A stretch of DNA of 64,000 nucleotides from an uncultured virus (IMG/VR IMGVR_UViG_3300021255_001403) (IMGVR_UViG_3300021255_001403); one strand, 5' to 3'. Shown: positions 31,028 to 42,485, counted from the stretch's first letter. Numbers and translations are program-made. The notes: generated from the sequence alone by a model not told the origin.

Positions 31028-33517
31028 ATGAAACTTAACGGGAGTTTGAATCTTGTAAATGAAATTAAGAAAATTGAAGATAGAATTCCCGCCCAGGAGT
31101 ATATCCTGGGTCGGGCATTAAAACAACCATTCCCTAATACCAATTCTGGATCAAGAAAAATAATGCATGGAACCCAAATTGAGCAAGCTATTCAGATTAG
31201 TAATCCTGAACCTCCTATAGTTAGTACTAGTTATGAAAATGAATATGGTCATATGAGTTCTAATTATATAACAGCCGATAGAGACTATGAAGTTTTGGCT
31301 AAGATTGATAAGTTTAGTAAGCTTCCTAATAATCATTATTGGCTCATTCTTTACTCACGTAAAGATAATTACGTGACTATGCAAGAAAGAACTCCTTATC
31401 ATCACATTTCTGAATTTTTTGGTTATTTATATGATAATACCTATCTTGATAATCTTAATATTGGTTCTAATATTAAAAAGGATGATGTAATTTCTAAACC
31501 TGCCTCATATGATGAATATGAAAATAGAGCTGAAGGATTAAACTTAGTCACAATGTATACAGCTTGCGAATTCGTTAAGGAAGATCCTATAGTCATATCA
31601 GAATCCGCAGCTAAAAGATTCGCTTGTAATCTTATTGATAAGATAGAGATTAAGATTAATGATAATGATATCCTTCTCAATCTCTATGGGCCAGATGATA
31701 ATGTTAATGTAGAAAATTCATATGTAGTTAATACTAGAAATATGAATGAAAGGTATATTACCTTTCCAGATATCGGCCAAAAGGTAAAGGATAATATTTT
31801 TTGTGCAGTTAGACGAGAACTTAAAGATGAAGAGTCATTATTCACTCAATCTTGGGATAGACTTAAGTCTATAATGATGACTGATAAGAAGTATCTGTGT
31901 GATAATGGTACTGTAGTAGATATCAATGTTTATTGTAATAACCCTGAGAAGTTAGAAGGGTCTATGTATAATAACCAAATTAAGAAGTACCATATGGATA
32001 CTGTAAGATTTGCTAAAGAGTTTGTACAGAAAGTAAAACCTATCTTATTCGATGCTGATGGTAATGAAAAAGAAGGTTTAATCATTGACTACAATCTGAA
32101 AAAGATGTATCGTTTTATGGAAGGTGTAGCTAATGGTATCCAGTATATCAAAGATAAAGTCTTTAGTAATATCGTTATAGAGGTTTATATTCAATATAAT
32201 AAACCTTTGCAAAAGGGTGATAAGATTACTGATAGATATGGTGGTAAAGGTGTTATCTCCAGAGTTATACCAGATAATCTTATGCCGAAATATCTTAAGA
32301 ATGGTAAATGGTGCTCTGTAGATGTATTGTACTCTATGTGTACCTGTATCAATAGACTTAATGATGGCCAGTTATTTGAGACTTCCATCACTTATATTGG
32401 ATGGCAGCTTACTGAGTATATGAGAGAATGTGTAAATGATTACGACGTAATGTTTGCACTTATTCATAAATACTTATATATGCTGAATCCTGAGTATGCT
32501 GCAGAGTTAGCGACAATGTATAAATTCTCTTATGGAGGAGGACCAGATTTAAGAAGTGATGAAGCGAATAATGGTCTTGGTTTATCTCCAGATGATGGTG
32601 ATGAACAATTTGATAGAGATATGTATATCGAGCAGATTTTGCATGATGGATATATAGCAGTTTCTATTCCTCCTTCTATTAATATGAGTATTGATATCAT
32701 CCGCAATATTTATAATGAATTCCCATTCATTAAGAAGTATTGTCAGGTTTATATTCCTATGCAGGATTCTACTGGTAAATATCGTATGGTGCCTACTAGA
32801 AGAAAACTTGTATTGGGATATAAGTATATCTTCAGATTAAAGCAATTAGCTGAAGAGAAGTTCTCTGCCGTATCATTAGCATCTACTAATATCCGCAATG
32901 AGAATAGTAAATCTCGTTTAGCAAAGACTCATAATGCTAGATTTCCGTCTACTCCTGTAAGAATATATGGAGAAATGGAATCATCTTCTATTACAGCTCA
33001 TCTTGGTATAAATACTTATATAGAAGAATTTGCTCTTAACTCATCTTCTCCTGAAGCAAGACAGTTAAATCGTGCGTTACTTACTTGTGATCCGTTTTCT
33101 TTTGATATCAAATTGGATGAAAACTGTGTATGCCAGACTGCTGATATATTACAAGCATTCCTTAAAGTATTAGGAGAGAGATTATGCTTCCATAAAGTAG
33201 AAAAATTCCCAATGAGACCTGCTATAAGAATTGTTGCTGAAAAATATGGTGGGTATCTTAATGAGATTGCTTGGCATGATAAAGCTAAACAAGAAGATAT
33301 CAAAGCTAACGGTGTGCATGAGATGACTGAAGAGGATTATAAACGCCGTGAAGAATTTGTAAATGATCAAATTCAGATTGATAAAGAAAGACGTAGTAAA
33401 CCTCTTAAACAGGTTGCTTCTATACGTATTGGTATTAAAGAAGAGCATGAAGCACTTGAGGCATATAAGAATAAGCTTAAATCTATTGGTGTAGATCCTA
33501 AATATGTTTTGAGGTGA
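31028..33517 (+). CDS. phage RNA polymerase beta subunit, C-terminal half (probably non-virion RNAP)
   Basis: PFPNTNSGSRKIM..Q..QA, GLNL..Y, EDPIVISES, GDKITDRYGGKGVIS, YIFRLKQ, GEME. Confidence 0.9.
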   Translation: MKLNGSLNLVNEIKKIEDRIPAQEYILGRALKQPFPNTNSGSRKIMHGTQIEQAIQISNPEPPIVSTSYENEYGHMSSNYITADRDYEVLAKIDKFSKLPNNHYWLILYSRKDNYVTMQERTPYHHISEFFGYLYDNTYLDNLNIGSNIKKDDVISKPASYDEYENRAEGLNLVTMYTACEFVKEDPIVISESAAKRFACNLIDKIEIKINDNDILLNLYGPDDNVNVENSYVVNTRNMNERYITFPDIGQKVKDNIFCAVRRELKDEESLFTQSWDRLKSIMMTDKKYLCDNGTVVDINVYCNNPEKLEGSMYNNQIKKYHMDTVRFAKEFVQKVKPILFDADGNEKEGLIIDYNLKKMYRFMEGVANGIQYIKDKVFSNIVIEVYIQYNKPLQKGDKITDRYGGKGVISRVIPDNLMPKYLKNGKWCSVDVLYSMCTCINRLNDGQLFETSITYIGWQLTEYMRECVNDYDVMFALIHKYLYMLNPEYAAELATMYKFSYGGGPDLRSDEANNGLGLSPDDGDEQFDRDMYIEQILHDGYIAVSIPPSINMSIDIIRNIYNEFPFIKKYCQVYIPMQDSTGKYRMVPTRRKLVLGYKYIFRLKQLAEEKFSAVSLASTNIRNENSKSRLAKTHNARFPSTPVRIYGEMESSSITAHLGINTYIEEFALNSSSPEARQLNRALLTCDPFSFDIKLDENCVCQTADILQAFLKVLGERLCFHKVEKFPMRPAIRIVAEKYGGYLNEIAWHDKAKQEDIKANGVHEMTEEDYKRREEFVNDQIQIDKERRSKPLKQVASIRIGIKEEHEALEAYKNKLKSIGVDPKYVLR

Positions 33518-33521
33518 AATA

Positions 33522-35930
33522 ATGAATGCTACCGAAATTTTAGGTAGATTAATTGCTTCAACTACTCCAGTATTAGAATTAGATGAGTTTGAGTATGTGA
33601 ATAATCTTGCTCTTGAGTGTTTACGTACTCAAACCATCCCACCTGGGTATGAAAATGAAGTGATTACTATACTGAAAATATGTAATTTAGTATATAATAA
33701 TGCATCTAATGCTACTCCTATATTACCAGATGAAGTATATGATAAACTTATAGTATTATGTAAGAGAAATAACCTACAGATACCTATAGGTGCTCCTCCT
33801 AAGAATTTTGATGAAGTCTCTATATCTTCAAAATCTGATGATAATGTATATGAGAGAGATGATAAAGGATTTCTTATAGTAGCTAAAAAAGTTCCTAATA
33901 AAGAAAAGATGTTTTTCTTTAATCAACTCTCTTCAAACTATACTATACCAAATATCATGGACTTCTATCACCCAAATCCTGATACTATCAATATATCTAA
34001 TAGTGTTAAGCGTGTAAGAGAAGTATCTCATAAATATGATTTATGTGGAACTCTTGATAAATGTAAATATACTTTGGATATAGATGCTAAAGGAGCAGGA
34101 GATTATCAAGATCCTTCGGTAATGATATTTGAAAGGGATTTCTTAGCTAAGCATTGTGCTGCTGCTTTAATTAATCCTAATGATATTGAAGTTATCTGTA
34201 GTCTTAAGTATGATGGATTCTCTATAGAGCAATCTGTGGATGGTTATACTGTAGTAGATGCTGTTACCAGAGGAGATACAAGTCTTGATGTAGCTACAGA
34301 TATGACTCCTGTATTAGGAGGATTTGAATATACTAGAGCTAAAGAAGCTGGTATAGTTCCTAATGGTGAACCTTTTGGTATGAAAGTTGAGTATATTATT
34401 ACTTATAGAGATTTGGTAGAACTCAATAATCTTATGGGTAAGAATTATGCTAATCCAAGAAATGCAGTAGCTGGTATATCTGGTAGAAAAGATGCTAAGA
34501 AATGGATTAGTTATACTACTCCAGTACCATTAGAGACCAGTATGGATATTGATAGAGTTGAAGAATTAGAATTCCTTAATCGTTATTATACCAAAGGTGT
34601 AGATATTCGTTATGCTGTTATACGTGGTAACTATGCTGAAGTATTGTATCAGATTAAGCAGTTTGTATTAGAAGCTGAGGCTCTTAGACCATTTATGGGA
34701 TTTGCCTATGACGGTATTGTAGTAGAATATAGGGATAAGCGTATTCGTAAGATTCTTGGTAAGAATGGAGCTATTCCTAGATATGCTATAGCTATTAAGT
34801 TTGAACCTATGAAAGCTATATCTACATTTGTAAAATATGAATATAGTGTTGGTCAAGATGGAGTAATAACTCCAATAGCATATTTTCTACCAGTGGAATT
34901 CTTTGGTTGTATACACGATCATGCATCAGCTCATTCTTATGATAGATTCAAAGCATTATCATTAAGAGAAGGAGATAAAGTAGAACTTACTTATCGTAAT
35001 GATGTGATGGTGTATATAAATAGAGCATCAGAATGCGCTCAAGATCCTAATAACCATAATCCTGTAATAGAATTTCCTACAGTTTGTCCTAGCTGTGGTA
35101 GCCAATTATATGTATCTGATTCTGGGTCTTCAGTGTATTGTGTAAATATAGCATGCCCTGAAAGAAATATAATGCGGTTTACTAATGCTCTTGCTAAACT
35201 AGGACTAAAAGGATTCTCTGAAGAAACTGTAAGAGCTTTAGGGGTTATTAGATTTAGAGACTTGTATAATTATGACCATAAGAAGATGGATATTATACTT
35301 GGTCCTAATAATGGTCCCACATTAAGACAATCTCTTATTGAGTTACAGAATGCTAATTTACCTGATTATCGTATTATAGGATCTCTTGGGTTTACTAATA
35401 TTGCTATTAAGACTTGGAAAACTATTTTAGAACAATTCGATTTTGGTAGACTCATAACCTGTAATGATGATGATTTGTATTATCTCACTTCCATAAAAGG
35501 TATAGGGCTTACTACTGTAGAAACTATAGTAAAAGAAAGACCATATTTTATGGATGATCTTAAATTCATATTTGGTAACTTTAAGTATCACAAATCTGAA
35601 TATGAAGCAGTACAAAGGCCTAAAGTAATCTTTACTGGTACTAGGGATGAAGATATTATAGAGGGACTTATATCTATAGGATATGATGTAGATCCTGATG
35701 GTAGTTATACCAACTCTATTAATATGCTTATTGTACCATATGAAGGATGGAATTCATCTAAAGTTTCTAAAGCATTTAAGTTCTTAGCTAAACAGTATAA
35801 GAAAGACCATCCTGAAGTAGATAATATCCAGGTCAATTGGGATAATTACTTACTATTTGCTAGCTATACTCCCTATATTGTAACAGCCGATCAAGCAAGA
35901 CTCTTTATTAAGAAAAGGAAAGGTAATTGA
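33522..35930 (+). CDS. ligA: NAD-dependent DNA ligase
   Basis: KYDG adenylation motif, TRGD, ANPRNAVAG, DGIVV, AIAIKF, CPSC..C....C zinc finger, HhH, C-terminal BRCT-like FTG. Confidence 0.95.
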   Translation: MNATEILGRLIASTTPVLELDEFEYVNNLALECLRTQTIPPGYENEVITILKICNLVYNNASNATPILPDEVYDKLIVLCKRNNLQIPIGAPPKNFDEVSISSKSDDNVYERDDKGFLIVAKKVPNKEKMFFFNQLSSNYTIPNIMDFYHPNPDTINISNSVKRVREVSHKYDLCGTLDKCKYTLDIDAKGAGDYQDPSVMIFERDFLAKHCAAALINPNDIEVICSLKYDGFSIEQSVDGYTVVDAVTRGDTSLDVATDMTPVLGGFEYTRAKEAGIVPNGEPFGMKVEYIITYRDLVELNNLMGKNYANPRNAVAGISGRKDAKKWISYTTPVPLETSMDIDRVEELEFLNRYYTKGVDIRYAVIRGNYAEVLYQIKQFVLEAEALRPFMGFAYDGIVVEYRDKRIRKILGKNGAIPRYAIAIKFEPMKAISTFVKYEYSVGQDGVITPIAYFLPVEFFGCIHDHASAHSYDRFKALSLREGDKVELTYRNDVMVYINRASECAQDPNNHNPVIEFPTVCPSCGSQLYVSDSGSSVYCVNIACPERNIMRFTNALAKLGLKGFSEETVRALGVIRFRDLYNYDHKKMDIILGPNNGPTLRQSLIELQNANLPDYRIIGSLGFTNIAIKTWKTILEQFDFGRLITCNDDDLYYLTSIKGIGLTTVETIVKERPYFMDDLKFIFGNFKYHKSEYEAVQRPKVIFTGTRDEDIIEGLISIGYDVDPDGSYTNSINMLIVPYEGWNSSKVSKAFKFLAKQYKKDHPEVDNIQVNWDNYLLFASYTPYIVTADQARLFIKKRKGN

Positions 35931-35931
35931 T

Positions 35932-36438
35932 ATGACTAATAGAGAAAAGATCTTAAAATTCTATGGGTTTGAACAAACTTCTTGGTCTCACACCACTTAT
36001 GAGAAAAGGGCCTCTTTAGGCCCTTTTGCTATTAGAAAGGCTACTGATATTAATTACGTTGAAAACGATCATATCTTTTGTAAAGTAGTCCATAAGATTC
36101 TTAGAGGTATGAAGAAAGAGTTAGCTAAAAAGTTCTTACTAGAATTCAATTTCTATGAATTCTTTAAGAAACAGGAAAATTTAGAAGCTGAGATTGTCAA
36201 TCCTCATTTTATAACAGACAAAATAGTAGCTTGTGATATATTTGATGCAGAGTTTAATCATTATTTCGCAATTTTAGATCTTAAACCTAAAAAGCCTAAT
36301 ATACTTCATTTCTCTGAGAGAAATGAAAGAGCATTAGACTCAGTATCATCTATATTACGTTTATACTCTAAAGTATCCATTCCTAGTGAACGTAAACCTA
36401 AATATATCTCAAATGATAAAAAGAAGGTATTAAAATGA
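35932..36438 (+). CDS. hypothetical protein
   Basis: ORF track; operon. Confidence 0.55.
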   Translation: MTNREKILKFYGFEQTSWSHTTYEKRASLGPFAIRKATDINYVENDHIFCKVVHKILRGMKKELAKKFLLEFNFYEFFKKQENLEAEIVNPHFITDKIVACDIFDAEFNHYFAILDLKPKKPNILHFSERNERALDSVSSILRLYSKVSIPSERKPKYISNDKKKVLK

Positions 36439-36704
36439 ATGCAGAATTGGTAAAACAAACTCTCTTTAATTACAATAAATCTCTTAAAGAGATAAACAAT
36501 CTTAAAAGATCTAAAATTACTAAGAATATCTTAGCAGCAGAATTCGATGATCAATACATGTTTCATTATATAGCATTCTTTAGAAATGAAGATGGTAATT
36601 CTCTTAGAGTATTTGCCTTTTCAGAAGTTTCTCCCAATACTTCTCCTGAAGATGTAGTGGAGTCTATTTTAGAAACAGTATTGGAGAGTAGGCAATGCAA
36701 GTAA
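36435..36704 (+). CDS. hypothetical protein
   Basis: Translationally coupled ORF. Confidence 0.55.
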   Translation: MNAELVKQTLFNYNKSLKEINNLKRSKITKNILAAEFDDQYMFHYIAFFRNEDGNSLRVFAFSEVSPNTSPEDVVESILETVLESRQCK

Positions 36705-36964
36705 TAAATATTGATAAGGCTGTAGAGTTTATGTCTTCAGAATTTAATGAAAATATCATTGCTTCTAAGAAATACACTTTTGGTAATCGTATTGTATTAA
36801 GTTGCAATACTGATAGAAACTCATTTATTATAGCATTTCTTTCTAAAGTCAATAAGACACATTATTATGTAATAGATAACTTTGTGCTTACTGATAAGGG
36901 ATTTAGTGAGTATATGGAAGATGCTATATCAAATGGGCAGATATTAGAATTATTTAATCAATAG
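36695..36964 (+). CDS. hypothetical protein
   Basis: GGAG SD; ORF track. Confidence 0.5.
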   Translation: MQVINIDKAVEFMSSEFNENIIASKKYTFGNRIVLSCNTDRNSFIIAFLSKVNKTHYYVIDNFVLTDKGFSEYMEDAISNGQILELFNQ

Positions 36965-36983
36965 AGAGGAGAATAATAGTATT

Positions 36984-37415
36984 ATGGATTATTATGATAT
37001 CAAACCTATAGAGTATGATCAAAATGCATTTTCTGATATGACTGCAGTACAGTTAACCACTATGACTAGTGATGATGCTGCAAAGATTCTTAAAGATAAT
37101 GGAGTTCATTTTGATAACTGTACTCTTATAGCTGCATACTTCTTCATTGACCAATCTCATGAATATAAGAATAAGATTGCAATGTATGTAAATCTTAGTG
37201 GTGGAGTATATCAAGACAGTCCTTATGGAGATCTTTATTACTTCGTTAAAGATGGCAAGATAGTACATGTTTGTAGACCACCTGAAACTAGTACTTCTAG
37301 ACCAGAAATGGTATTTAGTGAAGTATTATCCCATACTGGGTTTATTGATGATACTGAAGTTAAACCTGAAGCAACAAAGAGTACCAATTCTTACTCAGTT
37401 TCTGGTAATGTATAA
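36984..37415 (+). CDS. hypothetical protein
   Basis: GAGGAG SD. Confidence 0.6.
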   Translation: MDYYDIKPIEYDQNAFSDMTAVQLTTMTSDDAAKILKDNGVHFDNCTLIAAYFFIDQSHEYKNKIAMYVNLSGGVYQDSPYGDLYYFVKDGKIVHVCRPPETSTSRPEMVFSEVLSHTGFIDDTEVKPEATKSTNSYSVSGNV

Positions 37416-37573
37416 TACAAGTATATACTATAATAATGATGAATCGAGTTTAAAAGTTAAATCTTTTATAACTTGTTAATAAGTGTATAGAGTAGTCTGT
37501 TTGTTAAGGCTTTAATATGAATAGACTACTTTATATATAAAATGCTTTCTTTATATCTAAGGAGGAAATGTAA

Positions 37574-38392
37574 ATGAAAAACTACGTCGGAAGCACTGTA
37601 CCAGTCGAGATCATGAAGCGCATGAACGAGAAACAGTTCGGGTGGAATGATGAATTGTCCCAGGATAGTTTTAGGGCATTATTTATGTCTATGGCTATCT
37701 ATCTCTCCGAGCATAAGAGCAAGGATAAAGTCGTTGCTGTCAAGCTCGAAGACTGGAACAACAAATTCCATTTTGGTGCATTCGTTCAGTTCTTGGAGCA
37801 GACTGAAGCTGGTGCTGATGATGGTTCTTGGTCTATTAGTTTCACGTTTGATGAAACTGAGATTGATGAAAAGAACTGGGAAGTTCATAGTTTCTCCGAT
37901 CCTGATGTGGAGACTATGTTCGAGGATACTATTTATAGTAACTCTGGAGTTGCATTCAAATTCCGTAGTCGGGACAACAAGAACCAGATTTGTGAAGCTG
38001 CTGCTCAGTCAATTCTGTGCATGTTGATTGATTGTGTTCGTGATTATATGATTGCGAATGTAGTAATCGATCCGGATCTCGAATTTACGGATTTGATGAA
38101 CTTCCGTGCGGAAGCATCTGGGGAATCTGTATATATCAGTTGTGTTCCTGGCATGCTCGTTAAGCAGCTCATCAAGAACGATTCCTCCATTGGTACCGTT
38201 GGTGGCGAAGATCGTGTTGCTGCAGCTGCTGCATACATTATGCAGAATCGTGGAATGGTTCGTTCCATCAATTGGGATGCGGTTGAGACTGTTCCGCGGA
38301 AATTCGTTCCGTCCGAAATGGATACGGCATGCATTGACCTGTTCCAGGATTACAATGGTAGAATTTGCCGTCTCGTAACCATTGTTGCTTAA
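37574..38392 (+). CDS. hypothetical acidic protein, probably highly expressed
   Basis: AAGGAGG SD; promoter motif at 37424; markedly more C-ending codons; own terminator at 38411-38438. Confidence 0.7.
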   Translation: MKNYVGSTVPVEIMKRMNEKQFGWNDELSQDSFRALFMSMAIYLSEHKSKDKVVAVKLEDWNNKFHFGAFVQFLEQTEAGADDGSWSISFTFDETEIDEKNWEVHSFSDPDVETMFEDTIYSNSGVAFKFRSRDNKNQICEAAAQSILCMLIDCVRDYMIANVVIDPDLEFTDLMNFRAEASGESVYISCVPGMLVKQLIKNDSSIGTVGGEDRVAAAAAYIMQNRGMVRSINWDAVETVPRKFVPSEMDTACIDLFQDYNGRICRLVTIVA

Positions 38393-38481
38393 TCTGTAAT
38401 TAAATAAGAAAGATCAGGGTCTATTATGACCCTGATCTTGAAATTTATGGAACAGTTTTTACTAGAGGAGGATTAGTATCC

Positions 38482-39117
38482 ATGAAATTTATGCCTATAA
38501 ATCGCCAGATGTATAATGTAATATCGGAAAGAGAGTATTTTCGTAGATCTACTCTTAATCCTGAACTTACTAAAGAAATATCCAGCGATATTGCTGTAGA
38601 AAAAGATGGATATGTTTATCCAGTACTTCCTCAAACAGCTTCAGATTGTATGGTAGGAGTGGTTGATTATAATATCGCTGTAAAGTATCACAAACCCCAA
38701 AATGAAGAACAGGTTGAAACTTATTCTACTAAGCATCTTATTGATTTTGATAAGGTAGATTCTGCTAGAGATATGATACAGAAACAAGCTGAATTTGAAG
38801 CTGCTGAAAGAACTGTATTGATATCTAAAGATAATATCTACAACCTCTCTATTGATACAGAGAAAGACAGCCCTGAATTTGCCTTACTCAAAGATGCTAT
38901 AAATAAGAAGCAAGTAGATATACAGTCTTATAGACAGAAACTTGGTTCTGATTTTAGCAATGATTTGAGATTGCTTACTTCTTCAAACTCTATTACTTTC
39001 AATAAGATGAAAGAAATTGGAGGAGCATTAGATATTAGTGGAGAACTTATCCTTAGAGATAAGAATCCTAATGTAGCTAATCCTATTGGAGAAGAGATAA
39101 GGACTATTATATTCTAG
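38482..39117 (+). CDS. hypothetical protein upstream of an RNAP subunit
   Basis: GAGGAGG SD. Confidence 0.65.
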   Translation: MKFMPINRQMYNVISEREYFRRSTLNPELTKEISSDIAVEKDGYVYPVLPQTASDCMVGVVDYNIAVKYHKPQNEEQVETYSTKHLIDFDKVDSARDMIQKQAEFEAAERTVLISKDNIYNLSIDTEKDSPEFALLKDAINKKQVDIQSYRQKLGSDFSNDLRLLTSSNSITFNKMKEIGGALDISGELILRDKNPNVANPIGEEIRTIIF

Positions 39118-39128
39118 GAGGTGTTATC

Positions 39129-40841
39129 TTGAATCAAGCGAAGTTTGTTGCAGAATATACCAAAAAACACCATTATCCAATGAATCCTGATTTGTTTACT
39201 AGATCTGATGAATTACTCGTATACTATATGGAAAACATTTATTTATCTATAAAAAAGGAAATGGGAATCAATGCCTATTTTACTTTTAAGGTAATAAATT
39301 TCGATGTAGTATTCGAGTATGATAAAGTTAGAGAGATACTTAGTAAGCATTTGGAGACTGCTATAAATAAGTCTGTTAAACTTAAAGGTGTAGTAGATAA
39401 TAGGCATGAGTTTAATGATCTCGAATCATCAGACTTAGGTGTATTAGTTGTTACAGTCTTAATGGAAGCATATGATGGTAGAAAGATAAAAGAGTATATC
39501 ATGGCATTTCCTAAAGTAGTGAATAAATTCTACTATAGGATTAATGGCAATCTTAGATATGCTCTTAACCAGTTAGTTGATGCATCTACCTATAATAATC
39601 AGACTTCTAAAGCTAAATCCCCCATGGTAGTTTTAAAATGTAATTTCCCACCTATACATGTATATCGCAATGATCAAACATTAGTCGATATAAATGGTGT
39701 AACTATCCCTGCATTTACTTTTGAAGTAGATGTATTCAAGAAGAGTGTTCCTGCAGTGGAGCATATCTTTGCTAAGATGGGATATATGATGGGAATGAGA
39801 TTTATGGGATTAGATGGAATCATTTATATCAATGATTCTCCTATTCCACATAATCAAGATCATTATTACATTTTCCAACCTAAGAAAACAGTAAATCTGT
39901 TTATCTCAGTTCCTAAATCTATATTCAATCAAAATCCTGTAGTACAGCATATAACGTATGTATTGTTTACAGAATACACTAGGAAGTTTGCTACCCTTGA
40001 GGGATTGAATACTCGGGATATGTGGTTAGAAGCATTAGGAAGACATTTCTCTCTTGCTACTCCAAGATCTAAAGCCATCTCTGTATTATCTTCTTTTGAG
40101 TTTACTTATGATAAGACTACTAAAGAATTACTTAAGTTACCAGAAGAAGAGAAACAAGATGTGTATTGTGTATTACGCTGGTTGATATATGAGTATAATG
40201 CTCTTATACTTAAAGACAACTTAGACGTATCACTTAAGAGAATACGAGTAGAAGAGTATATGGCTTACTTACTTGCTCCTAAGATTGGTAAAGCTATCTA
40301 TGCTCTTGGTGATATGGGTGAGACTGTTAATCTGCAGACTATTGAAACTAGAATGAATATTCCTTATGATTTCTTAGTCAATGAGATTGCTAAGCAGTCT
40401 ATCGTAGTATTTGCTGATATGGTAACTGATAATGATAGTTTCGTACCACTTAAAGTATCTCGTGGTGGTCCATCATCTATTAGTGAAAAGAATAATTCAG
40501 CAGCCTTACCTGTTGTTTATCGCCATCTGCATCCCTCTTCGCTTAATATAATGGATGCTACTTCATCAGGTAATAGCCAGCCTGGTATTACATCTACACT
40601 TATTCCATTCCTTAAGATATATTCTGGTGGTTATCTTATCCCAGATTATAAAGAACCTAATGAATGGAAAGAAGTGTTAGATAAACAAATAAAGGAACTT
40701 CATGAAGAGATACGATTAAAAGAAGTCGTAGAATTCAGAAGAAAGATATTAAATCAATCTGAAGTTCCTGAATTGGAAATCGACGACTATAAGATTTCTG
40801 AAGAGCAGAGACAACATTTGTTGGAAACTGCAAATAGATAA
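39129..40841 (+). CDS. phage RNA polymerase beta subunit, N-terminal half (probably non-virion RNAP)
   Basis: FPK....Y.ING......QL and GPSS...YRHLHPS...D...S...PG motifs match the RpoB N-terminal and fork regions. Confidence 0.78.
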   Translation: MNQAKFVAEYTKKHHYPMNPDLFTRSDELLVYYMENIYLSIKKEMGINAYFTFKVINFDVVFEYDKVREILSKHLETAINKSVKLKGVVDNRHEFNDLESSDLGVLVVTVLMEAYDGRKIKEYIMAFPKVVNKFYYRINGNLRYALNQLVDASTYNNQTSKAKSPMVVLKCNFPPIHVYRNDQTLVDINGVTIPAFTFEVDVFKKSVPAVEHIFAKMGYMMGMRFMGLDGIIYINDSPIPHNQDHYYIFQPKKTVNLFISVPKSIFNQNPVVQHITYVLFTEYTRKFATLEGLNTRDMWLEALGRHFSLATPRSKAISVLSSFEFTYDKTTKELLKLPEEEKQDVYCVLRWLIYEYNALILKDNLDVSLKRIRVEEYMAYLLAPKIGKAIYALGDMGETVNLQTIETRMNIPYDFLVNEIAKQSIVVFADMVTDNDSFVPLKVSRGGPSSISEKNNSAALPVVYRHLHPSSLNIMDATSSGNSQPGITSTLIPFLKIYSGGYLIPDYKEPNEWKEVLDKQIKELHEEIRLKEVVEFRRKILNQSEVPELEIDDYKISEEQRQHLLETANR

Positions 40842-40860
40842 TAATATAGGAGAGGATCTA

Positions 40861-41250
40861 ATGGTAAATACTATTGAAGATCTCAGAAAAACTCTATTTT
40901 TGGATTTAGACGCGTTTATATCCGTATCTAATATTCTTCCCATGGGAAAGAATTTAGAGTATTCTATTATAGACACATTCTCTGAATTAATGGTTAAGCA
41001 TTTGGATATGGAAGTCAATTTTCCTAGCAATGTAGAGGAATCTATAACTGATAACACTGGTAAATTAGATTATACTAATCAGTATGATGCTAAGTATAAG
41101 ATATCGGAAATGCTTAACCATTATCCAGTTAATAAGGATCTTATACGTAAAGAATTATATCATATCATTGATATGGTATACTATTCTAACCGTATCTATC
41201 GTCTTAGTAGAGATCTAATGAAGATGGAATTGGAAATAGATAAAAAATAA
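40861..41250 (+). CDS. hypothetical protein
   Basis: GGAGAGG SD. Confidence 0.6.
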   Translation: MVNTIEDLRKTLFLDLDAFISVSNILPMGKNLEYSIIDTFSELMVKHLDMEVNFPSNVEESITDNTGKLDYTNQYDAKYKISEMLNHYPVNKDLIRKELYHIIDMVYYSNRIYRLSRDLMKMELEIDKK

Positions 41251-41310
41251 AATATAGAGTGGGGATTATTCTCCACTCTTATTTATATGAAAGAAAGAGG
41301 TAATGATAAA

Positions 41311-41682
41311 ATGAAGAAGAAGATTTTAGTCGCATTATTTGCTATGGGTGTAGCTTTTACTACTATTCCCAATACGTCTGAAGCTGTTACTGAAGTTTAT
41401 AGAGGAGATAAGGGGTATGTACTTGTAGACGAAGTATCTATCTTCTGGGATAATAATCGTTCGTTCAATGCTCTTCTCTATAATATGAATAATAATAATG
41501 AAGTCATTGGACGCGGTATTTATACCTTTGAGTATCTCAAAGAGTATAAGAATTGGTATTATCACCCAATCCATGATAACTCTGAGTATATCAGAGTAGA
41601 TGTGGATAGATTGGAAAAAGTACCAGTAGTTGCTGAGGAAATGCGTAAGAAGAATAGCGTTAAATTAGGTGGAAAGAAATGA
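41311..41682 (+). CDS. secreted or exported protein with a signal peptide
   Basis: MKKKILVALFAMGVAFTTIPNTSEA signal peptide; GAGGT SD. Confidence 0.65.
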   Translation: MKKKILVALFAMGVAFTTIPNTSEAVTEVYRGDKGYVLVDEVSIFWDNNRSFNALLYNMNNNNEVIGRGIYTFEYLKEYKNWYYHPIHDNSEYIRVDVDRLEKVPVVAEEMRKKNSVKLGGKK

Positions 41683-42485
41683 GTAAACCTTTATATCTTT
41701 GGGAAACCCAAATATTTAGTGGTTATTTAATGCCTAATTATGGATATTATCATATTAAGAAGAAAGAAGAGAGAGATAAAATGGATCATATGAATGGTAA
41801 GAGTGGAGATTTTATGGAAATACTTAAAAGAATCAGTAGTCATGATGATACTTCTGATATTATGATGAGGAAAAATCTTGAAAAGAAGCTTGATGATATT
41901 ATTGGTAAATGTGTAGATTCAAATGGTATTGATTTTATTATCAATTCTATCAATAATGGAGATTTCAAAGTACTTCCAAATGTCGATAGTGATATGAAAA
42001 TGAAGAAATTCCTTGAGATTATTGATAAGATTCTCAAGAGAGAAAGTACCAATGATAGTAAGGATAATGAAATCAGAGATCTTTCCAATAAGATGAAAGT
42101 ATTTCATGATGAGGCGATTAAGCATAGAGCTAGTGTTTCTAGTACTATGGGGTTTGTTAAAAAGGATTCCAATAATCTCTTAGATTTCTATGAGATGGTT
42201 AACTGCTCTCCTTCTACTACCTTCAACTGTTACTATGTAATAAATGATAATCTCTATAAGATTCTTTATACTCCTACACAGGATGACTATCCGATTATTA
42301 CTGATTTTACCATTGAATTTATTAATGGTATTATGCAGTTGAAGAATGATGAAGCCGATGCATTCCGAAAGGAGCTGATTGCAAACTATCTTGCTGGGTC
42401 TGAAAAGATAGTTCTTATCGAAGATCACCATGCATTTAAAATTGAAGAGAAAGGATATGTGATTATAGACGATATTACTTTCTGA
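41679..42485 (+). CDS. hypothetical protein
   Basis: ORF track. Confidence 0.6.
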   Translation: MSKPLYLWETQIFSGYLMPNYGYYHIKKKEERDKMDHMNGKSGDFMEILKRISSHDDTSDIMMRKNLEKKLDDIIGKCVDSNGIDFIINSINNGDFKVLPNVDSDMKMKKFLEIIDKILKRESTNDSKDNEIRDLSNKMKVFHDEAIKHRASVSSTMGFVKKDSNNLLDFYEMVNCSPSTTFNCYYVINDNLYKILYTPTQDDYPIITDFTIEFINGIMQLKNDEADAFRKELIANYLAGSEKIVLIEDHHAFKIEEKGYVIIDDITF

